A stretch of 32,000 nt of DNA from Acaryochloris marina MBIC11017 (GTDB lineage Bacteria > Cyanobacteriota > Cyanobacteriia > Thermosynechococcales > Thermosynechococcaceae). This document shows, piece after piece, positions 1 through 8,251 of the stretch. Location of the stretch: contig NC_009925.1 of the NCBI RefSeq assembly GCF_000018105.1, positions 5,280,001-5,312,000 on the forward strand, written 5' to 3'. A model generated the notes under the pieces. That model saw nothing but the letters and a program-made list of their open reading frames with translations, was not told the origin of the DNA and searched no databases. Positions within the stretch are counted from its first letter, which is position 1. Each line of letters opens with the position of its first letter. The translations under genes and the position numbers were made by a program.

Positions 1-553
1 TTGGATCAGGACTATTCCCCACAGCTGTCACTAATGCTTCTGCTGGGATAGTATCTGAATGATTTCCAGCACTAAAACCTCTTACAGGAATCTCAATGGT
101 GCATTGCCCTGGTGATCCAGCAGGTATCGTTCCCCCTGTGATGGCGACGGAACCTGGGCTTCCGGTAGGGGTACCCGTTGTGATGTTGACGGTACTGCCG
201 CAATCATTAAAGGTTGCCGCTGAATCGAACACCAAATTTCCGGGTGCGGATGGCAAAGTATGGTTGAGGCTAGTTATGGATACTGGATTCCCCGTACTAT
301 TGCGGAAGGTTAACCGATATGTAACCGGGTCTCCAGGGGGACTTTCTACAGGATCAAACGCATTCAAAAGAGCTAAGTCTGCGTTGGGCATTGCAACAAC
401 GGGGTCATGAAAGAAACCCATATGAGCAACTAAGGCACAGAAGAATGCACTAAAGGCCAGAATCAATCCTCTTTTGGTCGAGCGACCCAGGCCATTTAGC
501 CAAGCTTGCCAAGACACAAGATTGAACTTTGGGAAACGAATGCGTTTCAACAT
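1..553 (-). CDS. Secreted/cell-surface repeat protein, DUF11-like; 3' end lies beyond the window edge
   Basis: Not in the ORF track because no stop falls in the window. I translated the minus frame by hand: ATG at 553-551 with an in-frame stop just upstream at 574-572, and it stays open to position 2. N-terminus MLKRIRFPKFNLVSWQAWLNGLGRSTKRGLILAFSAFFCALVAHMGFF is signal/anchor-like. It is followed by ADLALLNAFDPVESPPGDPVTYRLTFRNSTGNPVSITSLNHTLP, which resembles the DUF11/TIGR01451 conserved repeat. The listed + ORF 96..410 is its antisense shadow. Confidence 0.6.
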   Translation of the reverse strand, partial: MLKRIRFPKFNLVSWQAWLNGLGRSTKRGLILAFSAFFCALVAHMGFFHDPVVAMPNADLALLNAFDPVESPPGDPVTYRLTFRNSTGNPVSITSLNHTLPSAPGNLVFDSAATFNDCGSTVNITTGTPTGSPGSVAITGGTIPAGSPGQCTIEIPVRGFSAGNHSDTIPAEALVTAVGNSPDP

Positions 554-864
554 AGAAAAATAATTTTTGGTTCAGGGGTGTATTGCCACAGTTCCATCCA
601 GGGTAAAACACCTTTGATGGAGTCCCTATTACAGGAGAAAAAGCATGAATTATTCGTCCAATCTCCTGCTGTTTTGTTAGATAGTCGCCACTTACACCCG
701 CGAATCTCAACTAATAAAGGGCAATTCTCGATTTCGCTCCAATAGTATTCCCAGAGATAGGCCAACTCTTCAATAAATTCTAGATTTCCTTTAAAAGAGT
801 TTCCTGAGAGAGCAATAAGTTTCTCAAGAGCAGTTTTATGCTTATGAGCGCACAAAAAGTACAT
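547..864 (-). CDS. Hypothetical protein (weak call)
   Basis: 105-aa ORF in AT-rich DNA that overlaps the start of the downstream gene by 7 nt. There is a stop 2 codons upstream of its ATG. I recognise no motif. Confidence 0.2.
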   Translation of the reverse strand: MYFLCAHKHKTALEKLIALSGNSFKGNLEFIEELAYLWEYYWSEIENCPLLVEIRGCKWRLSNKTAGDWTNNSCFFSCNRDSIKGVLPWMELWQYTPEPKIIFLC

Positions 865-1034
865 TTTCTTTCAGCCAGAATAAAATATCCTTCCGTAGAG
901 TTTCATGCCTTAAATCAATTTAAAAGGCTAAATCTTTTCGTTTTGGCCCTCAAACAATCTCTTTACATGAAGAAGTTTTCTATTCTTTTTATTGAATATA
1001 TCTTTATCAATTAAAGACCTGAACCTGACATCCG

Positions 1035-1056
1035 TATCTAAATGTTGATTTAGATA
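1035..1056. repeat. Perfect 9-bp inverted repeat (TATCTAAAT-gttg-ATTTAGATA)
   Basis: Read directly: arm 1035-1043, loop 1044-1047, arm 1048-1056. The core octamer ATCTAAAT recurs at 1247-1254 and, as its complement, at 1414-1421. Confidence 0.7.
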
Positions 1057-1564
1057 TAATCCTTGAAAATCTTTGAACTTATATTTTGTTTTAACAGGAA
1101 CCAGCCAAAAGCTTTACCAATATGGCATTGAGGCTTTTACAAATCCAGTGAATTATTTGTGGAAGAAGATTTATCTAGGAATAAGTTTTCATAAACAAAA
1201 GGCATAAAAGCAATCTTTTTCAGGTGCAAAACAGCCTGTGTCCTAGATCTAAATATAAAAACTCTCTTTCCCTTAGCCATCGAACAGATAGCTAGAAATT
1301 ATACGCAGTCTTATTGGCAGGTTAGCGACTGAGATACAGGCTTTATTTTTATGGCAACAAATTCAAATTTCTTATTTTTATTGCCAATAATTTCATGCGT
1401 CAACAAATGATCGATTTAGATAATTTTTTACCCATCCTGTTAGAGACCCTTTTATATCAGCAATAAATTTAGCTTCGCTGGCAGATTGCTATCACCCAAA
1501 CAGAAATATAAAGCATCAAGTCAGCTGCTTTTGGGTTAAAACTTTATCCTATGTCCAGAAAAAA

Positions 1565-4024
1565 ATGTTCCCTTGTTCCTCCATCCAAAAAGTATTAGCA
1601 AGCAAATCTCCATTAACAAAGAAAGGTAAGAATTTGCGACCTTGGTTAACCAGGCTCCTTGTAACTGCAGCCACCACCTCATTAGCCTTTTTCCCAACTG
1701 CAGCACAGGCCCAACGTACGTTTACGACTCGCAATGCTTTTCAGCTGAGAGGACGAACCACTATATTTGGTAATCCTGTAACTACCTGCTCTACAACAGT
1801 AGGGCCCAATTCAGGAAACTGTACTACTGCCCAACAAACCACTTCAACACCTGGGAACAACGGACTACTAACAAACAATGCCTACTGGATGGACTATGTT
1901 GATATTGATAGTGATATTGATACCTTCAACTCTTCCTCCGCTACCTATAACTTCCCAACTGGCAACCCTGGTTTTCAAATTGTTTGGGCAGGACTTTATT
2001 GGGCAGGGGATACATCTCAAGGTGGTACTTTCAATGGCAATCCAGTGGGAGTAGAAGCGCCTACACCATCGAACAGGGGGCAAATGTTGCTAAAAATACC
2101 TGGTTCTTCAATTTACCAAACCATTAACGCAACTACTCTGGATGTAATTAGCAGTACTCGCTATAGCGCTTTTGCTGATGTCACTAGTCTTGTTCAGTCA
2201 GGTGGCAGCGGAACTTATACGGGAGCGAATATCCAAACTGGAAAGGGCGAAGATCGCTATGGGGGTTGGGCCCTGATTGTCGTATATGCAGATGACACCG
2301 AGATTTTGCGCAGTATGACTATCTTCGATGGTTTTCAGGGAGTAGGAAGTAGTTCACCTTTGACAACAACTATTAGTGGTTTTCTCACCCCTAATGCTGG
2401 TCCCTTTGAATCCTCGATTGGTGCATTTATAAGCGAAGGTGATGTTGGTTTTTTTGGAGATCAGTTTCTAATTGATGGAGATGGCAATAATTCTGATGGG
2501 GATGCCACAGATCAACCATTTGTAAATGTTAGTGACTCTGAAAATCCTGCATCTAACTTCTTTAATAGTTCTAGTTCACTCTTTGAGACTCGGATTGGCA
2601 CCAGTACCAATGTAAATACTCCGGATGGCAAAATGCTGGGACCTATAGGAAGAAATCCTGCCTTTCCAAATTTATTGGCGATGGATATAGACATCGTAGA
2701 GGCCGAAGACAACTCTGGCACTGCTATTATGCAAAACAATGCCACTGAGGCAGGCTTACAGTTTACAAGTCAAGGTGATGTCTACTATCCCACGGCGTTT
2801 TTCTTCAGTGTGGAGGTCTTTCAACCCGTCTTAACCCAAAACTTTACTAAGACGGTCACGGATGTTAACGGGGGTGATCTCAACCCTGGTGACATTTTGG
2901 AATACACCATTACCTACCAGAATACGGGAAATGACAATGCCACAGATGTCGTATTAACGGATGCCATCCCCGCAAATACTACCTATGAAGCAGGGTCACT
3001 GAGAATTCTGACCGATCCTGATCCAGGCATAACTACCCCACTAACGCAAACAGACACCTTAAATGACGACCGGGCTGAATTTGATAGCACCAACAATAGA
3101 GTCGTTTTTAGGTCAGGTATTGGTGCCGATAATACCAATGGCGGAAATGTTCCCTTCGATGACCCCAATGTTGCTGGAGCTGTCGATGACACGGTTTCCG
3201 TGAGCTTCAGAGTTCGTGTTGACTCTGGTATTACAACCTTTCCCACTACTATTTCTAACCAAGCTGTCATTGACTACGTTGGCGAGTTCTCAGGTACACC
3301 TTTTACTGGTAATAGTGATGACCCAACCACACCCTCAGAACCAGATGATCCAACCGATATTGATGTAGTTGAACCTACCGATCCGAATTTGATATTGATC
3401 AAGCGGATTACCCGTATCAACGGAGTGACAACCAACGGTGCAGTTGATTTAGACGTCTATATAGATGACGTGAATAGTCCCTATGACGACAATGTCGATG
3501 AGGTTCCTCCCTTTGCGGCACAACCCGATCCAAACCAAGACGATACAACTAACTGGCCCGATGCCGATTCCCTGAATGGGCCGGACGACTATCTCAAGGG
3601 AGTTATTGATGCAGGGGAGGTCCAACCTGGAGACGAGATTGAATATACAATATATTTCCTATCAACTGGAGGGGTTCCCGCGAGAACAGTGCAATTGTGC
3701 GATCGCGTTCCCGCATTTCAAACGTTTGTGCTCGACGCTTATAACGCAGAAGCCCCAGCACCTAGTGGAGGTGTGGGAGCGAGTAGAGGCATTCTAGTCG
3801 ATTACAATAATTCCGTTTTAGCCTACACCAATGATGGAGATGGTGACACTGCGCAGTTTTACCCACCTGGTTCGACTTTACCTGCAGCTTGTAATGGTTC
3901 ACCTGCCCAATCAGAAGATAACGGAGCCATTGTGGTGGACCTAGGCGATTTACCCCAAGCGACAGGTCCTGGAAATCCTGCCACATCATATGGTGCAGTC
4001 CGTTTTCGCGCAACGGTGAAATAA
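1565..4024 (+). CDS. Large secreted cell-surface protein with DUF11/TIGR01451-type conserved repeat domains
   Basis: 819-aa ORF. The N-terminal signal-like segment is LLVTAATTSLAFFPTAAQAQ. A classic DUF11 motif NPGDILEYTITYQNTGNDNATDVVLTDAIPANTTYEAGSL lies at about 2881-3000. A second, looser copy VQPGDEIEYTIYFLSTGGVPARTVQLCDRVP lies at about 3620-3715. There are Asp-rich stretches such as IDGDGNNSDGDATD and DPNQDDTTNWPDAD. Confidence 0.8.
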   Translation: MFPCSSIQKVLASKSPLTKKGKNLRPWLTRLLVTAATTSLAFFPTAAQAQRTFTTRNAFQLRGRTTIFGNPVTTCSTTVGPNSGNCTTAQQTTSTPGNNGLLTNNAYWMDYVDIDSDIDTFNSSSATYNFPTGNPGFQIVWAGLYWAGDTSQGGTFNGNPVGVEAPTPSNRGQMLLKIPGSSIYQTINATTLDVISSTRYSAFADVTSLVQSGGSGTYTGANIQTGKGEDRYGGWALIVVYADDTEILRSMTIFDGFQGVGSSSPLTTTISGFLTPNAGPFESSIGAFISEGDVGFFGDQFLIDGDGNNSDGDATDQPFVNVSDSENPASNFFNSSSSLFETRIGTSTNVNTPDGKMLGPIGRNPAFPNLLAMDIDIVEAEDNSGTAIMQNNATEAGLQFTSQGDVYYPTAFFFSVEVFQPVLTQNFTKTVTDVNGGDLNPGDILEYTITYQNTGNDNATDVVLTDAIPANTTYEAGSLRILTDPDPGITTPLTQTDTLNDDRAEFDSTNNRVVFRSGIGADNTNGGNVPFDDPNVAGAVDDTVSVSFRVRVDSGITTFPTTISNQAVIDYVGEFSGTPFTGNSDDPTTPSEPDDPTDIDVVEPTDPNLILIKRITRINGVTTNGAVDLDVYIDDVNSPYDDNVDEVPPFAAQPDPNQDDTTNWPDADSLNGPDDYLKGVIDAGEVQPGDEIEYTIYFLSTGGVPARTVQLCDRVPAFQTFVLDAYNAEAPAPSGGVGASRGILVDYNNSVLAYTNDGDGDTAQFYPPGSTLPAACNGSPAQSEDNGAIVVDLGDLPQATGPGNPATSYGAVRFRATVK

Positions 4025-4044
4025 TGGCTGGTCCGACTGGAGTC

Positions 4045-4061
4045 TACTGAATATTTCAGTA
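4045..4061. terminator. Small hairpin between convergent genes (possible bidirectional terminator)
   Basis: TACTGAA-tat-TTCAGTA, a 7-bp AT-rich stem lying between the stop codons at 4024 (+) and 4073 (-). There is no clear U-run. Confidence 0.25.
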
Positions 4062-4072
4062 TCAGATTAGTT

Positions 4073-5284
4073 TTAGCGAATCGCTAGTTCAATCTTAGTC
4101 CCAGCACTGCGTAGACGATCTGCAAGGATATCTCCTAATCCAGTTGATGGAGTTAATATGCCACCACGGTGTTTACCGGGTAACTGATCGGCCTGAGTCG
4201 CTAAACACAATGCCGACTCACATAAAAACTTTACCGTTGAGCGGTTCCCCGGATCGCCTTGATTGTAAATCAGGCCCCGTACCTGTTGACCATTGCTAGC
4301 CTGTCCGATCAGTTCACACCGGAACCAGCCTTCATCCATCACCTGGGTCGAAGGGCCGCTGCCGGGTTGAGGCAGTCGGGACTGTAGCAGCGTTCTGGCC
4401 CACCCTTGGCTTAAGGCCAAACCAAATACTCCTGTTGCCAATGTAGTGCCAAAGGCAGCTAACGGTCCACCGAACTTTAGATATTCCTGATAGGCAAAAT
4501 GGGGACCGTAGGATTCTTGCCATTGATCGAAGAGGGCACTACTACGTCTGACCACACGAGTATTGACAGGTCCCATAAAGAAAGGGGCAATCCAGGTCTG
4601 CAAGTCTGAGTCATACTGCGGTCCTTTGGGGTCTTGGCTCAAGGGGACGATATCGGGAGGGGACTCTTCTTGGGGATTGAGCAAATAGGGGTCCGCCATT
4701 TGGGAGGACTCCCCTGACTGCATTAAGTTGATGGCCGACGCCAAGGTGCCGCCATTAAAGCCGCCTGCCGCTTTGAAGCAGGCTTTGACTTGTCGACAGG
4801 AGACGCCCAATTCTTGCTGCATAAACCGCACCACTAAGTAGGTGCCGAGGTCCGAGGGCACCGAATCAAACCCACAGAAGGGAATAATGCGGGTGCCATC
4901 CGCTGAAGCTTTGGCATGGTAGCGCTGGATCAATGATTTGACCCAAGGGGTTTCGCCGGTGATATCGACATAGTGAGTTTGCTTACGGACACAGGCATCC
5001 ACCAAGAAATCCCCATATAAGGCAAATGGACCCGCCGTATTGAGAATGACGTGGGCCTGTCCCGCAATGGTATCTAGTCCTTCTTGGTCCTGACTATCGG
5101 CCACCAAAACATCCACCGCAGCCGCACAGTCCGCTTTAACCTGCTCAAGTTTTTGGCGATTCCGACCTGCGATCGCCCATCGGATTTGCTCGCCCACATT
5201 TTGGGCAAAATATTCAACCGTCTGCCGCCCAGTAAACCCGCTCGCTCCGTAGAGGACGACGTCATAGGGTCGAGAATTACTCAT
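4073..5284 (-). CDS. Saccharopine dehydrogenase-like NAD(P)-binding oxidoreductase
   Basis: 403-aa ORF. N-terminal Rossmann motif YDVVLYGASGFTGRQTVEYF. Length and overall pattern are typical of the saccharopine dehydrogenase / trans-acting enoyl reductase family. Confidence 0.85.
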   Translation of the reverse strand: MSNSRPYDVVLYGASGFTGRQTVEYFAQNVGEQIRWAIAGRNRQKLEQVKADCAAAVDVLVADSQDQEGLDTIAGQAHVILNTAGPFALYGDFLVDACVRKQTHYVDITGETPWVKSLIQRYHAKASADGTRIIPFCGFDSVPSDLGTYLVVRFMQQELGVSCRQVKACFKAAGGFNGGTLASAINLMQSGESSQMADPYLLNPQEESPPDIVPLSQDPKGPQYDSDLQTWIAPFFMGPVNTRVVRRSSALFDQWQESYGPHFAYQEYLKFGGPLAAFGTTLATGVFGLALSQGWARTLLQSRLPQPGSGPSTQVMDEGWFRCELIGQASNGQQVRGLIYNQGDPGNRSTVKFLCESALCLATQADQLPGKHRGGILTPSTGLGDILADRLRSAGTKIELAIR

Positions 5285-5428
5285 ACAGGGTCCAAGTCAA
5301 CGGCTCTTTAATCGTATACCGATTAACCTTTTGCTAGGTTGAAGGAAAATCATCTTAAGGCTAGGGTCAGGATTTTCCAAACCTAGCTTGACCTGAGATG
5401 ATGGATCCGTCTGAATCCCTAGCTAACT

Positions 5429-5719
5429 ATGCAAGATATCAAAGATAAACTCGCTGAAGACATCGCGGATATTGAATGGAAAGACCTGATTCCCCATTCT
5501 CAACGGGATGCCATTATTGTGGTGACGCCTCATTTAGATCTGCTGGATGTGGGAGTTGCGATCGCAAGCGACAATACTCAATCCGTCCAGCATTGGATTA
5601 GCGAAAGTTTGATTTATAAGCCCTCAGCTCAACAGTTGAGCAACTGGAACGCCCAACCCGATACAAAATTCAGCACCTTGATTGTGCAACCCTTTGTTCT
5701 CGTTGCTCAGAGCGATTAG
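5429..5719 (+). CDS. DUF2288 family protein
   Basis: 96-aa ORF. The pattern IEWKDLIPHSQRDAIIVVTPHLDLLDVGVAIASDN...VQHWISESLI...LIVQPFVLVA matches my recollection of the DUF2288 family. No HMM was run. Confidence 0.55.
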   Translation: MQDIKDKLAEDIADIEWKDLIPHSQRDAIIVVTPHLDLLDVGVAIASDNTQSVQHWISESLIYKPSAQQLSNWNAQPDTKFSTLIVQPFVLVAQSD

Positions 5720-5772
5720 AGTATATGTGCAAACAATCCCAGCCACCGCAACGGTGACTCATACAAAACTTG

Positions 5773-6123
5773 ATGCGATTTCTGTCCAGCTTGATAGAGA
5801 TCATCATTGTGATTCTCTGTCTCCCCTTCTACCTATTGGTCTGGTCATTCATCGTCGCTAACGAGGCGAAAGCTGCATCTCGAATTAGGCAACGGCAGTG
5901 CCCTAACTGCAATGGTCTCTTCAACGCAATAAACCGACGTTCGCTAATTCCATGCGGTGTCCGATTTCGACTATCAAAGGGCTCATGTGTGGATAGGGAG
6001 CGACTACCTTCTTGGTCAATCACATGTCCAAATTGTAAGACGACTATCTGTTTCGACCAACAGATCAGAATCACATCATGCAATATCGGTAACCACATTT
6101 CCCATGGTTTGAACAACCAGTGA
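5773..6123 (+). CDS. Membrane-anchored protein with two CPNC zinc-ribbon-like motifs (hypothetical)
   Basis: The ATG at 5773 directly follows the TTG used by the track. It has a hydrophobic N-terminus LIEIIIVILCLPFYLLVWSFIV and two Cys pairs (CPNCNG, CPNCKT). A 111-aa antisense ORF (5829..6164) competes with it. I prefer the + ORF because of the TM segment plus paired CxxC. Confidence 0.4.
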   Translation: MRFLSSLIEIIIVILCLPFYLLVWSFIVANEAKAASRIRQRQCPNCNGLFNAINRRSLIPCGVRFRLSKGSCVDRERLPSWSITCPNCKTTICFDQQIRITSCNIGNHISHGLNNQ

Positions 6124-6325
6124 ACTCTGCAGCAAGTAGCCCTCGATAGCCCAATAATCAACAAATGATATTAGGTAACTACGGTTGGCTCATAACTCCA
6201 TCTCAACGCTAAAATGCCTTGTCTCAGAGCGGTTTCTATTTTCCGTTAGTCGTTCGTAATTGCCTGGTGAACTTGGTCATTAGAATTGAGTTCGACATAA
6301 GCGTTGTCCTACCTGATAACTAAAG

Positions 6326-6354
6326 TTGACACTCTATAACTTGTTAACTATAGT
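6326..6354 (+). promoter_or_regulatory. Near-consensus sigma70-type promoter of the toxin-antitoxin operon, flanked by direct repeats AGTTGACA
   Basis: TTGACA (6326-6331), a 17-nt spacer, then TATAGT (6349-6354). The toxin ATG at 6361 is 7 nt after the -10 box. The 8-mer AGTTGACA occurs at 6324-6331 and 6352-6359. Confidence 0.5.
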
Positions 6355-6360
6355 TGACAG

Positions 6361-6657
6361 ATGATTGAGGTTCGTCAAACGGACATTTTTGCCAAGTGGT
6401 TCAATAATCTGCGAGATCGCAAAGCTAAAGCTCGTGTACAAGCACGTATTGACCGTATCGAGATTGGTAACTTTGGCGATGTTGCCCCTGTGGGAGAAGG
6501 CGTTAGCGAACTCCGCATTCACTATGGTCCGGGGTACAGGGTTTACTTTGTACAGCGCGATTCAGTTGTTGTCATCTTGCTCTCTGGTGGTGATAAAAGC
6601 TCCCAAAATGCTGACATTAAAAGGGCTAAGGAAATTGCTAAACAGTTGGAGGATTGA
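6361..6657 (+). CDS. Type II toxin, RelE/ParE superfamily (HigB-like 'addiction module killer protein')
   Basis: 98-aa ORF. FAKWFNNLRDRKAKARVQARIDRIEIGNFGDVAPVGEGVSELRIHYGPGYRVYF is the typical pattern of the TIGR02683-type killer protein. The toxin gene comes first and abuts the antitoxin gene (TGA-ATG). Confidence 0.85.
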   Translation: MIEVRQTDIFAKWFNNLRDRKAKARVQARIDRIEIGNFGDVAPVGEGVSELRIHYGPGYRVYFVQRDSVVVILLSGGDKSSQNADIKRAKEIAKQLED

Positions 6658-6954
6658 ATGATGCCCATAAGCACAACCTATTGGGATTCTGCTGCACATC
6701 TCAAAACAGACGAAGATATTCAGCTCTACCTAGAAGCCTGCATTGAAGAAGCAGAAGATGATCCTGCTTTAATTATTCATGCCCTAGGAGTTGTCGCCAG
6801 GGCGAAAAACATGAGTCAACTCTCCCGAGAAACAGGTTTGAGTAGAGAGGGCCTATATAAAGCGCTGTCAGTTGATGGCAACCCCACGTTTGCGACTATC
6901 GCTAAAGTCACTAAAGCACTCGGATTCAAGCTAACCATTCAGCCAACGGCTTAG
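6658..6954 (+). CDS. HTH antitoxin (HigA-like 'addiction module antidote protein')
   Basis: 98-aa ORF. HLKTDEDIQLYLEACIEE...ALGVVARAKNMSQLSRETGLSREGLYKALSVDGNPTFATIAKVTKALGFKL is the characteristic TIGR02684-type HTH antidote pattern. It starts immediately after the toxin stop. Confidence 0.85.
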   Translation: MMPISTTYWDSAAHLKTDEDIQLYLEACIEEAEDDPALIIHALGVVARAKNMSQLSRETGLSREGLYKALSVDGNPTFATIAKVTKALGFKLTIQPTA

Positions 6955-7153
6955 TCGTCGATAATTTCAGCTTTAACTAGCGCTTGCACGGGACATTCGG
7001 TCAGCATGACCATTTCTGTATCTCTTGATTGGTATCATGCCCATGAGCGAGGCCATTTTATCCAGTTCCAGAGTGTTGTTTTACTCCTCTGTAAGCATTG
7101 CAAAATTTGGATGAATAACAAAGGCTGTAAGCTAATGTGCCACCACACCACCA

Positions 7154-7585
7154 ATGAAAATCAAAATTATCAAGTTAACAGAATCAGCCCAAGTCCCTCG
7201 CTATAGCCATGCTGATGATGCAGGACTAGATCTATTTGCCATCGAAGCCCAGAAAATCTTGCCGGGTGCATCTGCCCTGATTCCCACTGGAATTGCCATC
7301 GAGTTACCACAGGGAACTGAAGCCCAGGTGCGTCCGCGCAGTGGATTAGCCCTCAAGCATTCCATTACGGTATTGAATTCGCCGGGAACCATTGATGCGG
7401 GGTATCGCGGTGAAATTGGGGTGATCTTAATTAACCACGGTCAAGAAACCTTTCAGGTGGTTGAAGGGATGAAAATTGCTCAAATGGTGATTGCACCAAT
7501 TATGCGAGCCGAGATTGAAGAAGTAACTGAATTAAGCGCCACCCAAAGAGGGGAAGGGGGATTTGGCTCAACTGGATATGCTTAA
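7154..7585 (+). CDS. dut: dUTP diphosphatase
   Basis: 143-aa ORF with the dUTPase motifs [32 protein letters not shown] and C-terminal [10 protein letters not shown]. Confidence 0.95.
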   Translation: MKIKIIKLTESAQVPRYSHADDAGLDLFAIEAQKILPGASALIPTGIAIELPQGTEAQVRPRSGLALKHSITVLNSPGTIDAGYRGEIGVILINHGQETFQVVEGMKIAQMVIAPIMRAEIEEVTELSATQRGEGGFGSTGYA

Positions 7586-7672
7586 AGCGGGTCAACGGGA
7601 CACACAAATGCTTGGCCAAGCTTTGATGGGGAAGGGGATATCCAACCTTAAGGTAGTGAGGTAAAGCAGTGA

Positions 7673-7945
7673 TTATCGATGGGGTTTAACAATTGTTTTG
7701 TTGGGTCCCTTCACAACAGTACCTTTGGGGCCACTGGAGACAGTACGCTTAGGGCCATCGTAAAAAGTTCGCTTCGGACCACTATAAAACGTCCGTTTGG
7801 GGCCACTATAGAAGGTGCGCTTGGGACTCCGAACTAAGGTTCTTTTAGGACCTTTCCGGATAATGGGTTTCGCATTAGCTGGGATCGCAATTCCAGCGGA
7901 ACCCAGTACTAGAATAGCTGCTAAAACAAGGGATTTTTTAGTCAT
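7673..7945 (-). CDS. Small secreted basic protein made of seven tandem octapeptide repeats ([G/S]PKRTxxx)
   Basis: 90-aa ORF. Signal peptide MTKKSLVLAAILVLGSAGIAIPANA. The repeats are GPKRTLVR SPKRTFYS GPKRTFYS GPKRTFYD GPKRTVSS GPKGTVVK GPNKTIVK, at about 7685-7852. Confidence 0.7.
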   Translation of the reverse strand: MTKKSLVLAAILVLGSAGIAIPANAKPIIRKGPKRTLVRSPKRTFYSGPKRTFYSGPKRTFYDGPKRTVSSGPKGTVVKGPNKTIVKPHR

Positions 7946-8251
7946 AAGTCAATTGTGTAACGCTACTGCTTAGACTGGCGCTATTCCAAAAAGGTTCAAA
8001 GATTAGTGAAATTTTTTTGCTCTTTCATCTCTCCAGCAATCTGACACCCAAATCTTTACAGGATAAGCCCTAGAGAGAATTCTACAGTTTCAAGAGAGAG
8101 CAGGTCTAAAGGGAAAAGGGCAGATGCTCTATCAGTCATTTTAAAAATAAATTGCCCCGGGAACGACAATTACGGAGTCTAAAGTCGCGGATCCCCGGAG
8201 CACACACATGATAATAACTTATGATACCCATAAAATTGCATTGTTGCAAAT

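Noticed and set aside
96-410. 104-aa + strand ORF at the left edge
   Set aside because: It lies entirely antisense to a longer minus-strand frame (2-553). That frame has a signal peptide and a DUF11-like motif and was missed by the track only because it runs off the window.
6365-6661. 98-aa alternative-frame ORF overlapping the toxin gene
   Set aside because: The frame starting at 6361 gives a clear RelE/ParE-type killer protein sequence. The other frame has no recognisable features.
6951-7034. Short minus-strand frame ending ...MVMLTECPVQALVKAEIIDD*, reminiscent of a ferredoxin-like C-terminus
   Set aside because: Only about 27 codons are open before an upstream stop, and no CxxCxxC cluster could be reconstructed in any frame. 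At most it is a degraded remnant.
7006-7206. 66-aa + ORF overlapping the dut start
   Set aside because: It is out of frame with dut and overlaps it, and it has no motif. It is most likely promoter or leader DNA of dut.
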